The notes under the pieces were generated by a model. The model saw only the letters and a program-made list of their open reading frames with translations, made no database searches and was not told the DNA's origin. The position numbers and the translations under genes were made by a program. DNA of 64,000 nucleotides from Candidatus Kaiserbacteria bacterium (GTDB lineage: Bacteria; Patescibacteriota; Minisyncoccia; Phycocordibacterales; Phycocordibacteraceae), in contig OY969413.1 in the NCBI GenBank assembly GCA_963699165.1, positions 660,562-724,561 of the forward strand, written 5' to 3'. Shown in pieces: positions 1 through 10,144 of the stretch (positions within the stretch are counted from its first letter, which is position 1; each line of letters starts with the position of its first letter).

Positions 1-1324
1 GAGTTTGAATCGCCGCAAAAGCGGTTTTGAGCGCTAATAGATTTGAGTTATCGAGCGATTCGGCGGTAGAAGAAGAATTGCCGGAAGGCGCTTGCGCCGC
101 CGTTGGCTGTGAGCTATTCGGTTGCATGACCTGCGTCGTCGTCGGTTGCGCGCCAACTGTCTGATTGAGTTGAACAGTCGTGGAAGCGGTGAAAGCCGTC
201 GAGGTCGCCGTTGCGGGTGAATTAAGATGGATGGAATTCCCGAAAAACGCCGCCATCCAAAGAAACATGCTTACGAACAGCACCATTAGGATGATATAGG
301 CAATAGGACCAAAAACAGCGCAAAATATGAGAAAGCCGCGGCCTTTTGTTGCGGGGTTGGCTTCAAGCGAGGGCTTAAGCGCCTTAAGATATTGGTACAC
401 CTTATATCCATAGACTAAGCCAAACGTCGATATCAGCAGTGAAGGTATGATCATAACTGCCGAGGAGAAATCACGCAATTTAGTCGGATCTCCGCCTGCT
501 TTGAGAAATGCAAATGCCGCAGCAAAATCGAACGGTATGCTCACCGCGTAATACACAATCAGAACAACGAACGAGACGATTATTGACCTGACGGCGATTG
601 GCCACCAATATCCGCGCACGTATTCGCGGCTTTGAATCAAAGCGCCCAGTCCGCGCCTTCCTTCAAGCGCAAAAACATAAGCGGCAACAAAGAATTGAAT
701 GCTCATCATAACGCCGGGAACAACCAAGAGAGCGAAACCGCCGACGAGAACACAACAAGTTAGAATTCCCAGCCAAAGCCCCGGCAACAATAATGCAGAG
801 CCGCCCGCTAACGATTGTCCAACGTTCGAACCTCGGTGAAGAGATAAAATGGCGCCGTAATATGCGCAAAACAAGAGAATAAATCCAAGGCCGATACAAA
901 CGACTTCACCCGCTACCGGACCACCGTACAGTGGCAACATTTCGCCGGCGAAAACAAGAAGAACGGGAATCGCGTACAGTGCCAGCAAGACACCAAATCG
1001 CAGTCGGTACAGCGCCCACGACTCGGAGAGCAGCTGCCACGCGGAGGGCAGTTCGCCGGTGATTTGGCCGGGAGAATTTGTCGCTTCGGCCGACTGTTGC
1101 GCCATAACGGATGAATTAGGATTTTGGGCTTCAATTGCCGGTGCAACGGGGACTTGCGGCTCGGCCGGCGGAGCCGGCCGAGCCGATTGCTCAATCATAA
1201 AAAACGCATCGGTTATGTCCTGCGCACCCCACCCGACGGATGCAAGACTCCTCTGTAAATTTTCTTTCGGCACTCCTGCGGCTAGCTGTTCGCGAATATA
1301 GTCCAATATCTCTTTGGTCAGCAT
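1..1324 (-). CDS. Polytopic membrane protein, C-terminus cut by window edge. N-terminal ~45 aa cytoplasmic domain (MLTKEILDYIREQLAAGVPKENLQRSLASVGWGAQDITDAFF) is paralogous to the next gene.
   Basis: Manual translation of the minus strand from ATG at 1322-1324 gives an open frame to position 1 that the ORF track does not list because it lacks a stop. N-terminal domain ~60% identical to ORF 1387..1806, followed by a Pro/Ala linker and hydrophobic stretches. Confidence 0.45.
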   Translation of the reverse strand, partial: MLTKEILDYIREQLAAGVPKENLQRSLASVGWGAQDITDAFFMIEQSARPAPPAEPQVPVAPAIEAQNPNSSVMAQQSAEATNSPGQITGELPSAWQLLSESWALYRLRFGVLLALYAIPVLLVFAGEMLPLYGGPVAGEVVCIGLGFILLFCAYYGAILSLHRGSNVGQSLAGGSALLLPGLWLGILTCCVLVGGFALLVVPGVMMSIQFFVAAYVFALEGRRGLGALIQSREYVRGYWWPIAVRSIIVSFVVLIVYYAVSIPFDFAAAFAFLKAGGDPTKLRDFSSAVMIIPSLLISTFGLVYGYKVYQYLKALKPSLEANPATKGRGFLIFCAVFGPIAYIILMVLFVSMFLWMAAFFGNSIHLNSPATATSTAFTASTTVQLNQTVGAQPTTTQVMQPNSSQPTAAQAPSGNSSSTAESLDNSNLLALKTAFAAIQT

Positions 1325-1386
1325 CGGGACTATTGTACCTCCGAAAAAGCGGGCGCAGCGCGCTGTTCACACTGCCCGCAAGCTCA

Positions 1387-1806
1387 TCATTTCCCCGGCA
1401 CAATACCGGCGCTGATTATCGCCTCTGCGCTTTGCGCTTGCGAACGGACAACGGACCGCGCGGCTGGATTTATGAAAATAATTCCTACACCCGCAAGAAC
1501 AATCACCGCGAGTATGCCGAGCACGACCGAGAGCGTGCTAATCGCGCTCGACGCACCCTGCGCGTCGCCCGTGCGCGGATATGCCGAATGGTACGCCGGA
1601 AAAGCATTTTCGGTGATGACTGCCTGCGTCTGCGGAAGCGGCTGCACGGAGGGCGACGCGGGGCGCGCCCCACCCACAGCGAAAAACGCATCATTGATGT
1701 CCTGCACGCTCCATCCGGTCGCTATCAACACTTTCTCCAATTCATCTTTCGACATTCCGGCAGCAAGCTGTTGGCGAACATAGTCCAAAATTTCTCTCGT
1801 GAGCAT
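1387..1806 (-). CDS. Small membrane protein (139 aa) with the same conserved N-terminal domain (MLTREILDYVRQQLAAGMSKDELEKVLIATGWSVQDINDAFF) and a single C-terminal TM helix.
   Basis: ORF track. Paralogy with the upstream partial gene. Hydrophobic C-terminus TLSVVLGILAVIVLAGVGIIF. Confidence 0.5.
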   Translation of the reverse strand: MLTREILDYVRQQLAAGMSKDELEKVLIATGWSVQDINDAFFAVGGARPASPSVQPLPQTQAVITENAFPAYHSAYPRTGDAQGASSAISTLSVVLGILAVIVLAGVGIIFINPAARSVVRSQAQSAEAIISAGIVPGK

Positions 1807-1869
1807 GGGATGAATAATGTATTAAAAGATACACCCATATTCTACCTTGCGCATGGACGCCGTCGGCAC

Positions 1870-2529
1870 TTATCCACGCGAAACCCCGGGACCGACGGTC
1901 CCGGGGCAACATTTCGTCCAAATTCTGCCCGCACAGACGGGCTTTCTCGACAGTAGAACATGGCCGTCCCCCCAATGAAGCGAGGGAGCGGACCAAATAT
2001 CAATCGCCCAGAAACCAACTACCCATCGGGCGGCGACCAAGGCGAGTTCGCCATGCCTGTCGGGTATGTTTGCGACGAGAAATGTTTCTTCGTTCGGCGA
2101 TGCGATGGATTTGATCGCGAAATCTAAGTCGCACAAACCGATGTGCGCGATTTCGTTGCCCTCTTCGCCCCATTTGTCCTCGGGAAGCGGCAAAACATTG
2201 TCGGTATCTGACGTGTTTTTGTCAATCCACCGACATAGGTAAACGGGATGCGGCTCTATACCGTAGTCGCTTTTCGGCATGAACGAGTTGCGAAATGGGT
2301 CGCCTAGCACCCTTGTTCCTAACCCGCCGCAAAAATCGCGACACGGCCTGAACTCCTTCAGCCCGGGTACTTGGAGCACGCGTTCATCCCCGACAAAAAA
2401 CGCTTGCCTTTCCTGTATTTCGTACATGTTTCCTCTGATAAAAGATAATGGTAAGAACTGGTTCGGCTGAAGGGAGCATAGACCTCCCGTAGGCAAAGTC
2501 AATGGGTCGGATTGCACGAGACGGAACAA
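1870..2529 (-). CDS. Hypothetical protein. Its predicted start (TTG) abuts the IS1595 target-site duplication, so it may be 5'-truncated by the IS insertion.
   Basis: ORF track only. No recognisable motifs. Spurious ORFs are common in GC-rich sequence. Confidence 0.25.
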   Translation of the reverse strand: MFRLVQSDPLTLPTGGLCSLQPNQFLPLSFIRGNMYEIQERQAFFVGDERVLQVPGLKEFRPCRDFCGGLGTRVLGDPFRNSFMPKSDYGIEPHPVYLCRWIDKNTSDTDNVLPLPEDKWGEEGNEIAHIGLCDLDFAIKSIASPNEETFLVANIPDRHGELALVAARWVVGFWAIDIWSAPSLHWGDGHVLLSRKPVCAGRIWTKCCPGTVGPGVSRG

Positions 2530-2533
2530 TTGA

Positions 2534-3377
2534 GGGTATTAAGAACGAGTTGGCACAAGCGTTAATGATTTTAATAAGTAAGTGCGCGGATTTCCGAACA
2601 ATTCCGGTGAGGAAAATCTGAAGCAGAATTCCCTCACGTATTGCTCGAGGTTCTCGCTCCAGTGATGATGATACATCCTCCGCACAAAGGTGCGGTATAC
2701 GCCGAACACGCCTTCGATTTCGGAGGTATGTTCGAACTCGAATTTTGAATGAATGTCTCTGCTGTGGGAGACCGGCCATCGCTTGCCGACACCCCGGTAT
2801 ATCGAACCGCCATCGGTCCACAACTCGCTCCCCGGCTTCACTTTGGCAAAGAGAAAGTCCATCACGTCCGTCTTGTTCGGGAAGCGATTGTGCATGACGG
2901 TATAGGCAAGCTTTCTCGTTCCTTTCTGCTTGGCCATCACGAGAGCTGCGTTCTTGAAATATGCCTCGTCCATCTGCACGATACGCTCGAGAATATGCTC
3001 TTCTTGGGGCAAATGCTCACGAAAGGTGGCATACCAGCGGCGTATCGTTCGTTCAGGCAAATGCGTGAGCTCCATGGCCTGCAAGACGGGTTCTCGTATC
3101 GTCCAGCACCAGAGGAGCATCCACCACGTCTGGAGCGGAAGCTTGAGGTTTGAGAGCCAGGTATGCGAGAGGAGCGAGAACCTTCGGCGGCAGGCAACAC
3201 ACCGGTACCGGTCTTCGTACCGCACAATCCTGCGCGAGCGGCAGAGCGGGCAAAACACATTCTTTCCGAACAACGTTCGCCGCAAAAACTTTCTAATCTG
3301 CACTTCAGACGGAATTTGTTTGAGCGTGTACATAGCTTCCATGATACGGGAGCTGTGCCAACAGAGTCTGAATACCC
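2534..3377 (-). mobile_element. IS1595-family insertion sequence, copy 1 (844 bp). Imperfect ~27-bp terminal IRs GGGTATTcAGActctGTTGGCACA, flanked by an 8-bp TSD ACAATTGA (2526-2533 and 3378-3385).
   Basis: Identical to the element at 27049..27892 in inverted orientation. The TSD is read directly from the sequence. Confidence 0.8.
2539..3342 (-). CDS. IS1595-family DDE transposase (267 aa) with an N-terminal zinc ribbon (CPLCRS...CVACRRRF).
   Basis: Same protein as 27084..27887. The ORF-track N-terminal extension to 3456 is read-through into flanking DNA; the true ATG is 35 nt inside the IS end. Confidence 0.8.
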   Translation of the reverse strand: MEAMYTLKQIPSEVQIRKFLRRTLFGKNVFCPLCRSRRIVRYEDRYRCVACRRRFSLLSHTWLSNLKLPLQTWWMLLWCWTIREPVLQAMELTHLPERTIRRWYATFREHLPQEEHILERIVQMDEAYFKNAALVMAKQKGTRKLAYTVMHNRFPNKTDVMDFLFAKVKPGSELWTDGGSIYRGVGKRWPVSHSRDIHSKFEFEHTSEIEGVFGVYRTFVRRMYHHHWSENLEQYVREFCFRFSSPELFGNPRTYLLKSLTLVPTRS

Positions 3378-3488
3378 ACAATTGAAGCATTGACAGTATG
3401 TCAAACGAGGCGTAAACCAATATGTAGAGAACCCCTTTTGGGTTCGCCCTCCGCACTTCGGTGCGGTTTGTCCTTGGGAGTTACTTTT

Positions 3489-3743
3489 ATGTCAACTGGA
3501 TTCACGATTGTTCTCGCCGTGCTGGCATTCGTCATCCTCTGTATGCGTTACCGCGTGAGGAAATGCGGATGCGGTTGGTGGATTGCGGTCTTCAACGAGA
3601 CTCAATCGTCCGACGCTAGCAATGAAGACGTGGAGCATGTGCTCGGTACGTTTACGTGCACGCGATGCCGCGTCTCAACATCTCTACCGCCATACCGTCG
3701 GCCAGCCAAATCAACACGAGCAGTGACTTACCACTGGCTGTAG
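3489..3743 (+). CDS. Small Cys-rich membrane protein (84 aa; TM helix then CGCGWW ... CTRC).
   Basis: ATG preceded by GGGAG. Hydrophobic N-terminus. Weak support. Confidence 0.25.
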   Translation: MSTGFTIVLAVLAFVILCMRYRVRKCGCGWWIAVFNETQSSDASNEDVEHVLGTFTCTRCRVSTSLPPYRRPAKSTRAVTYHWL

Positions 3744-3852
3744 AGCCGGCACAAACCTTTCGGGCCGTCGCGGTTTCGCGACGGCCCGAATTTCATAGAA
3801 ATTTGACAAAAGATACAATATTGTGTTATTTATTATTCCAGAAAGGTCTCTC

Positions 3853-4110
3853 ATGAAGACCTTTGCACCTTTCGGAGGTCACATGGATTCAACGCTTTGG
3901 CAAAGTTTGTTCTATCTCTTGGCGGTTGTGGCGGCATTCCTCTTGTGGCCATCCCGGCATATCAAAAAGTGTCCGGAGTGCCACGAAATTGACTCTCTAA
4001 TTACGAGAAGAGAAAGGATGCCCGACAACGGTGGTTCGAAAAAAATCACCTATGCTTGCTGCGAGAATTGCGGCCACAGGTTTACGGCGTCCGTTCGGTG
4101 GATCCCATAG
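3853..4110 (+). CDS. Small TM-anchored zinc-ribbon protein (CPEC ... CENC).
   Basis: ORF track. TM helix FYLLAVVAAFLLW, two CxxC pairs, followed by a clean intrinsic terminator. Confidence 0.35.
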   Translation: MKTFAPFGGHMDSTLWQSLFYLLAVVAAFLLWPSRHIKKCPECHEIDSLITRRERMPDNGGSKKITYACCENCGHRFTASVRWIP

Positions 4111-4128
4111 ACCGCGAGGCGCTATCCT

Positions 4129-4167
4129 TTCAAACCGCCGCCGAGACAGGACTCGGCGGCTTTTTTT
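4129..4167 (+). terminator. Rho-independent terminator: GCCGCCGAG ... CTCGGCGGC followed by TTTTTTT.
   Basis: GC-rich hairpin plus T7 run read directly. Sits between convergent genes. Confidence 0.6.
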
Positions 4168-4171
4168 ATCC

Positions 4172-5556
4172 TTACATTTTGTTAACGCCGTCCTTGCCAA
4201 TCGTCCACTTTTGACCGTATTCGGGGACAACTGCGCGTGCGTCTAGATAGTCGTGGATGCGCTGGGCAAGGAATCGCTCGGCCGATGGCTCGCCGAGAGC
4301 CGTGAAGATGGTTTTCGGGCGCGGAAGCGTCGCTTGCGCAAATTTCAAAAGCTCGTCGCGGTCGGCGTGCGCGGACCAACCTTCGAGAACTTCAACGGTT
4401 GCGCGCGTTGCGACTTCGCTTCCATTCAGTTGAATTGAGCGCGCGCCTTCTTGAATGCGCCGTCCCGGACTTCCGGGAGCTTGGTACCCGATAATGAGAA
4501 GCGTTGTCTTCGGGTCCGGCAGATATTTCGTTTCCCAGCCGCCAATTCGTCCGCCGTGGCTCATGCCCGCGCCCGCCATAATGATTTTCGGATTTGGAAT
4601 TTTCTCGATGTCCTGCGAATCCTCGCGCGAAAGCGTCTGCTTCAAAAAAGGAAATTCGAAAATGCTTCCTTCGCGTTTCATCTCGTCCTCGGTTTCCGGT
4701 TTGAAATATGTCATTCCCCACTTTTCGTAGACGGCCGTGACTTTAATCGCAAGCGGCGAATCCAAAAAAACGGGAATTTTCGGAAGCGAACCGTCGGCGA
4801 AGAAATTTGAAAGTTCATACAGCATGAGCTGCGTGCGCTCAAGCGAAAAGGCGGGAATGAGAATCGCGCCGCCGCGCGCTATTGCGCGACTCAGCGTGTC
4901 GCGCAAGCGCGACACGCGCTCCGCCTGCGGCGGATGCAACCGGTCGCCATACACGCTTTCCATCACTATTGCGTCCGCGTCCGGAATCGGCTCCCAATCG
5001 GGAAGCAGCGGCGACGGCGAATTGCCGATGTCGCCCGTGAGCGCAACCGCATCGCCATCTTCGTCTTTGATGCGCACGCTCGCCGAGCCCAAAATGTGTC
5101 CGGTGTTTCTCAAAAAGACGGAGAGCCCCGGAGCGATTTCCTTTTCGATGTGATAGTCGAGCGTTTCAACGAGTGAAAACATTTCATCGATGTCTTTTTG
5201 TTCGTAGAGGGCGGGAATGCGCCGGCGAAACGCGTCCTGCGCGAGAATGCCGACCGAGTCCTCCAAAATAAGTATTGCAAGGTCGCGCGTCGGCGGCGTC
5301 ATGTAGATTTTCCCGCGGAAGCCGTCTTTCACGAGTTTGGGAATGCGGCCGACATGGTCGAGATGCGCGTGCGTGAGAACAAGCGCGTCGATTTTAGTCA
5401 CGTCGTACGGAAACGGTCCGTACACGTCCGCCTCGCAAACGTCGGCGCCCTGTTCGATGCCGCAATCGACAAGAATTTTTCCGCGCGCTCCCTCTACTAA
5501 AAAATTCGAACCCGTCACCTTTCCCGCGCCGCCGTAAAAAGAAAGTGTAAGCATAC
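4172..5556 (-). CDS. MBL-fold metallo-hydrolase of the beta-CASP ribonuclease family (RNase J/CPSF-like), 461 aa.
   Basis: HAHLDHVG (HxHxDH) motif and beta-CASP-like downstream region. Start taken at MLTLSFYGGAGKVTG; the track ORF extends further upstream. Confidence 0.75.
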
Positions 5557-5590
5557 AAGAACAGTAGCATATCGCGAATGATGCTCCACG

Positions 5591-5622
5591 GAAAAACCGC
5601 TCTTTGCAGAGCGGTTTTTTGG
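5591..5622. terminator. Palindromic bidirectional terminator AAAACCGCTCTttgcAGAGCGGTTTTTT.
   Basis: Perfect 8-bp stem flanked by an A-run and a T-run. Lies downstream of the 890-aa surface protein gene (minus) and the MBL gene region. Confidence 0.45.
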
Positions 5623-5855
5623 CGGAGTCATCCCCAAGATTCGACTTAGGTTTGCCAGGTGGGTGCGGCAACGACATTTTTCGGACTTCCTCACGGACTT
5701 CACCCAAATGTCTTAATGCTAAGCTCCCGAATGATAGGCAAGTCGTTTTTAAGAACGACCCCACTTACAAGTATATCCCTGCCGGATGAAAACAGTATGT
5801 GGACAACTTATTCTAGTAACCCCAGCTTTAGTTATGTCCAAACTGAAATCGCCGC

Positions 5856-8528
5856 CTATTGTATCTGGGTAAGCGACAGGAGACTGAATGTCGTTAATGA
5901 GCCGCTGGGGTAGACAACATTTTGTAGCGAACATGAAAGACCGACTTTATTGCCGTAGTTATTGTTGGCTGCAATAACGATAGGCGTCGAGGTTGCAATT
6001 ACGGTTGCCCCAGGTGTCCCGTAATATTCATAGAGATTGGGATAACCGGGCGCACCACCACCCACACTGCAAGATGCGCCCTGCTGACCGTTCCCGATAG
6101 TCGTAGATGCCATAGCGATGCGAAAAGATGCAACATACACACCACCCGAGACAACCGGAATACCAGCAGTGTAAACGTAGGCACCGTAGTTTGGGTTCGC
6201 CCCGGTGCCAGTGAAATTGAAAGATGGGTTGCCTAAATCATCTGTACCAAGCACAACTCCACCCTGTGCGGTCCACTTATACGAGGAAATGAGTTGCGGA
6301 TTTGGAAGCAGGTTCCCTCCCATCAGAGTGACAGTTTGGTCAGTGGAGGTCGCGACGGGACTTTGCCCATTCTGGCTTACGACAGCGAAATGGTATGTGC
6401 TGCTAGCGGTGAGATTTTGAAGTGTCACAGTATGACTTGTGACGAGCGACGCATCAAGCGGCGAGGACGCGCCATACCCACTCGTGGGGCCGTATGCGAC
6501 TTGCGAACTTGATGGCAGGTCGGTTGTCCAAGTAATTGTAGTGCCGGTCGCCGTTGTCGAGCCAGTGGATATATTGCTAATGGTTGGCGCCCCGTACAAA
6601 GACGAGCCATTCAATTCCTGCCCTTTCCCTTGGAAGAAAGCGAAGTTACCAGTCGAACCTTGCCAATAAAAACTCGATGAGTTCGCTCCGGTGTATTGGT
6701 TGCGATCAAAACTATTGCCTTGCGTTGTAAACATTGCCGCATTCGAACCGTCAGAGTCGTATGCCCCATTTATGCTACCGGCGGCCATAGTCATGGTGTT
6801 GTTGTGTACATGAACATTCTGTACTAGCCACGGACCGTTCGATGGATACAATGTCGACGTACCCCTAGATGAGTTTAGCAACATTACGGCAGCACCGAGA
6901 TTGCTTGGAAGCATTGTGTTTGCTGATATTTCGACAGATTTTCCGTTAATTCCACCCGAGTTTGCAATAAATATATCCCCAGACCACATATTCCGATTTG
7001 ACCCATGAAAGTTATTGGCTAAATAGTTATCGTGGATTGACGCATCCCATGATATTTCCAAATCAATACCGGACGACCAATTATTCTCCACGTCATTATG
7101 CGCAATGACCGCGCCCTCGTTGTCGGTGTCCAACCATATGCCAGGCCCATGATTATCGTGAACGTAATTGTAAATAATTTGTATATTTTCTGTCTGCCAT
7201 GATTTGCCACCACCGCACTCTGCGGTAGACGGATTAGTGCAATAAACATCGGCTGGATTGTTATTCGATATGATGTTGTCGCTAATAACCGCTCCGCCGA
7301 GATCTCCGGTGCCTCCGGTTTCATACACTTTGTACCCCTCTTGTCCATTGTCGTGAATGTAGTTGGCCACTATCTTGTCGCCTGCGCCTATATTGACTCC
7401 GCTCGCACCGTTAAACGCTAACTCGTTATTGGAAATCACTGTGCTTGTACCATATACCTGTAATTCAGAACTTCCTGCTGACGAATTGTAATTTTTAATT
7501 ATTAGGTTCTGTATCGTTACATAACTGCCCGTATCAAAAGCACTGGTCGTTGTAGCCGCCCCATCTAATACCGCACCATAAGAACCGATTATGGTATCTC
7601 TGTCAGGAATCCAAGCATGTTGACTGGTATACGTACCGGCAGCGAGACAGAATGAAGTGCCAGAAGGATAGCTATTTACAACGGTATTGATGTTATTCCC
7701 AGGCGAGATAGCAACTGAACCGGCGGGACATGTTATTGACTGCTGCGGCCCTACTGCAACACGAGGTCCGTAGTTCTCGATGGCCGAACACTGTGCGGTA
7801 CTGCCGCCATTGCTGCCTCCGCAGCTCCATGTCCACGGACCCGAGCCCGAAACGCTTGAAGCATTACCCACGGTGCAGAGGTTAGTGGTCGGAGCACTCA
7901 CGAGAGTCTGACCGTTCGAAGAGCCGCAGACGCCGTTGATTGGTGTGATGCTATTGATTGGTGTGATGCTAGGTGTTTGCGTCTGATTTCCAGAAAACAC
8001 TCCTCCGAAAGCGGAGCCATTGCCGGTCGGAACCCACCATGGTTGTGAATTTGCTGATGCGGTTGTGGTTGCACCGGTCGTTTGATTTGTGGGTGGAGTT
8101 GTCGTCGCTGTCGTATTTTGCAGTGTAGGAATCACGGATGATTGGTTGCTGGAAGTGTCTTGGGTTGTAGCAACTGAACTACTGCCCGCAGAGATAGTTG
8201 CAATTTTGGCGCGCGTCAACGGACCAAGAAATCCTGTGGCCGGCAAATTTTGCGATGCTTGAAATCGCACTAATGCTTTGTACGTGAGAAGACCGAAAAA
8301 ATCGGTTTCGTTTCCGGGAGAACCGTTGCCTTTTTGAGCAATGACAAAACCCTGCGAGTTGAGAAATTGCTGAAGCTGAAGAATTTCTGTTCCTGTATCG
8401 TTGAGTTGATGGTTTTTAACTAACGAGGGAGGGGTGGCAGCGAATGTTTGAGTAGCAAAAGTGACCGCAACGAAGATTCCAGCGATTAGTGCCACTCGTG
8501 AAGATATGTTCGATACCATATGTCTCAT
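5856..8528 (-). CDS. Large secreted or cell-surface protein: signal/anchor, PG_binding_1-like domain, Thr-rich linker, right-handed parallel beta-helix (pectate-lyase-like) repeats, FN3-like domain.
   Basis: N-terminal hydrophobic segment. LQQFLNSQGF...GNGSPGNETDFFGLLTYKALVRFQ resembles PG-binding domain 1. NNxxAxNGxxG beta-helix repeats. TWTTDLPSSSQVAYG...YHFAVVS is FN3-like. Confidence 0.7.
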   Translation of the reverse strand: MRHMVSNISSRVALIAGIFVAVTFATQTFAATPPSLVKNHQLNDTGTEILQLQQFLNSQGFVIAQKGNGSPGNETDFFGLLTYKALVRFQASQNLPATGFLGPLTRAKIATISAGSSSVATTQDTSSNQSSVIPTLQNTTATTTPPTNQTTGATTTASANSQPWWVPTGNGSAFGGVFSGNQTQTPSITPINSITPINGVCGSSNGQTLVSAPTTNLCTVGNASSVSGSGPWTWSCGGSNGGSTAQCSAIENYGPRVAVGPQQSITCPAGSVAISPGNNINTVVNSYPSGTSFCLAAGTYTSQHAWIPDRDTIIGSYGAVLDGAATTTSAFDTGSYVTIQNLIIKNYNSSAGSSELQVYGTSTVISNNELAFNGASGVNIGAGDKIVANYIHDNGQEGYKVYETGGTGDLGGAVISDNIISNNNPADVYCTNPSTAECGGGKSWQTENIQIIYNYVHDNHGPGIWLDTDNEGAVIAHNDVENNWSSGIDLEISWDASIHDNYLANNFHGSNRNMWSGDIFIANSGGINGKSVEISANTMLPSNLGAAVMLLNSSRGTSTLYPSNGPWLVQNVHVHNNTMTMAAGSINGAYDSDGSNAAMFTTQGNSFDRNQYTGANSSSFYWQGSTGNFAFFQGKGQELNGSSLYGAPTISNISTGSTTATGTTITWTTDLPSSSQVAYGPTSGYGASSPLDASLVTSHTVTLQNLTASSTYHFAVVSQNGQSPVATSTDQTVTLMGGNLLPNPQLISSYKWTAQGGVVLGTDDLGNPSFNFTGTGANPNYGAYVYTAGIPVVSGGVYVASFRIAMASTTIGNGQQGASCSVGGGAPGYPNLYEYYGTPGATVIATSTPIVIAANNNYGNKVGLSCSLQNVVYPSGSLTTFSLLSLTQIQ

Positions 8529-8537
8529 CTATAGTAA

Positions 8538-8546
8538 CCCCCCCCC
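8538..8546 (-). repeat. Homopolymeric C9 (G9 on the coding strand) 9 nt upstream of the ATG of the 890-aa surface protein, acting as its Shine-Dalgarno/spacer.
   Basis: Read directly: ...TTTTCGGGGGGGGGTTACTATAG ATG on the minus strand. Confidence 0.6.
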
Positions 8547-8741
8547 GAAAATCCTGTCTTCGGACAACTGGGGATAACTTTTTTCTCGCTAGTCATAAAA
8601 ATGAAAAGGGCTCCTAAGTCACTAGACCTTTCGGATCCCTCTTCGTCTTGATGAGCGCATTATACACGCGTCGAATTGATTTGCAATGAAGGCGTGTGCA
8701 CTTTAAGCACTGCTGAATAGCAGCGCGGACTGGCCACAAAC

Positions 8742-9347
8742 CTACTCCAAAATCCCGTCGAGATTTACGTCGTAAAGAATGGCTTCGTTAATGAGACGAT
8801 ATTTGACGATTTCCTCAGGAGCAAACCAGTGTTTGATTTCTGCGTCTGACTCGGCTACCGAACCGGATGCGTGAATCAGGTTACGAACAGCCCGCTTGTC
8901 AGTATCGGATATCTGGTACGAATCCAAAACAAAGTCACCTCGAATGGTGCCGACATCAGAACTAAGCGGTTCAGTACCTCCCGTAATCTTGCGAACAATC
9001 TTGACCGCGTGTGCGCCCTCGATGACGAGGAAAATCGCCGGACCGGAAGTCATATATTTTTTCAAACCCTTCAGAATGGCTGCGGTAATTTCGAGCGGAT
9101 CTTCAGACGGCGGCGTAAGTCCTTTTTCTTTATAGGAACGGATAGTCTTCTCGCCCGTGACGCGGCGCCACTCCGGGTCAAGTGTGTAGTGCTGTTCGAT
9201 TTTCTCTTCAGTCGGAATCAACATCTTCATCGCAACGATTTTCAGTCCAACACGCTCGTAGCGCTGGATAATCTCTCCGATGAGCGAGCGCTGAATACCG
9301 TCTGGCTTTACGATGACGAGCGTTTGTTCTGTTTTAGGATGTGCCAT
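8742..9347 (-). CDS. ndk: Nucleoside diphosphate kinase (long form with an internal insertion).
   Basis: TLVIVKPDG, IGEII.RYE, GTIRGDF and FAPEE motifs. Confidence 0.85.
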   Translation of the reverse strand: MAHPKTEQTLVIVKPDGIQRSLIGEIIQRYERVGLKIVAMKMLIPTEEKIEQHYTLDPEWRRVTGEKTIRSYKEKGLTPPSEDPLEITAAILKGLKKYMTSGPAIFLVIEGAHAVKIVRKITGGTEPLSSDVGTIRGDFVLDSYQISDTDKRAVRNLIHASGSVAESDAEIKHWFAPEEIVKYRLINEAILYDVNLDGILE

Positions 9348-9379
9348 GGTTTAAAAATAAAAACGCTTAAAGGGGGCGC

Positions 9380-10144
9380 TTATGCGGTGATAATACGCGC
9401 TCCGTTCTTTTCTATCAAGATGGTGTGTTCGAAGTGTGCGCTTTTCGAGCCGTCCTTTGTGCGATACGTGTAGCCGTCGGGCGCGAGCGTCACGGCGGCT
9501 TTCCCGGCGGTCGCAATCGGTTCGAGCGCGAGCACCATACCCTCCTCAATGAGCGGCCCCTGATTCGGACGGCCGAAATTCGGAATAAACGGTTCCTCGT
9601 GCACAACGTCGCCGACGCCGTGACCGCCGAGTTCTTTCACGACCGAAAATCCAGCGCCTTCGATTTCTATTTGAATCGCATTTGAAACTGCACCCATTCG
9701 ATTGCCAGGTAGTGCTGCAGCAATGCCGGCAGCGAGCGCGACTTCGGTCGCGCGAAGAAGCTTTTTCGTTTGGTCGCTTATCTCGCCGACCGGAACCGTA
9801 ATCGCCGCATCAACGACAATGCCATTGTGAATGAGACCGAGGTCGAGCGAGACGATGTCGCCCGTTTTCAGCTTCTTTGGCGATTCGTTTGGAATGCCGT
9901 GAACAACCTCGTCGTTTATGGAAACGCAGAGCGTCGCGGGATACGCGCGGCGCGCGCCTTCGGGCGTGTAATTAAGAAATGCGGGCTCGTCGCCGCCGTC
10001 GCGGATGACCTGCTCGGCCAAATCATCCAGCTCTTCGGTCGTCACGCCGGGCGCAACTTTTGAGCGCAGCGTTTTCAGGAGCGCGCCGAGACGCTTCCCC
10101 GCTTCGATGAGATTCGCCCGTTCTTCGTCGGTCTTGATAATCAT
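9380..10144 (-). CDS. map: Methionine aminopeptidase type I.
   Basis: Typical MAP-I sequence with metal-ligand residues. Conserved position after adk. Confidence 0.9.
   Translation of the reverse strand: MIIKTDEERANLIEAGKRLGALLKTLRSKVAPGVTTEELDDLAEQVIRDGGDEPAFLNYTPEGARRAYPATLCVSINDEVVHGIPNESPKKLKTGDIVSLDLGLIHNGIVVDAAITVPVGEISDQTKKLLRATEVALAAGIAAALPGNRMGAVSNAIQIEIEGAGFSVVKELGGHGVGDVVHEEPFIPNFGRPNQGPLIEEGMVLALEPIATAGKAAVTLAPDGYTYRTKDGSKSAHFEHTILIEKNGARIITA

Noticed and set aside
2539-3456. 305-aa version of the IS1595 transposase with 38 extra N-terminal residues
   Set aside because: The extension lies outside the IS terminal inverted repeat, in unique flanking DNA beyond the TSD, and is absent from copy 2. 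The true start is the ATG at 3342.
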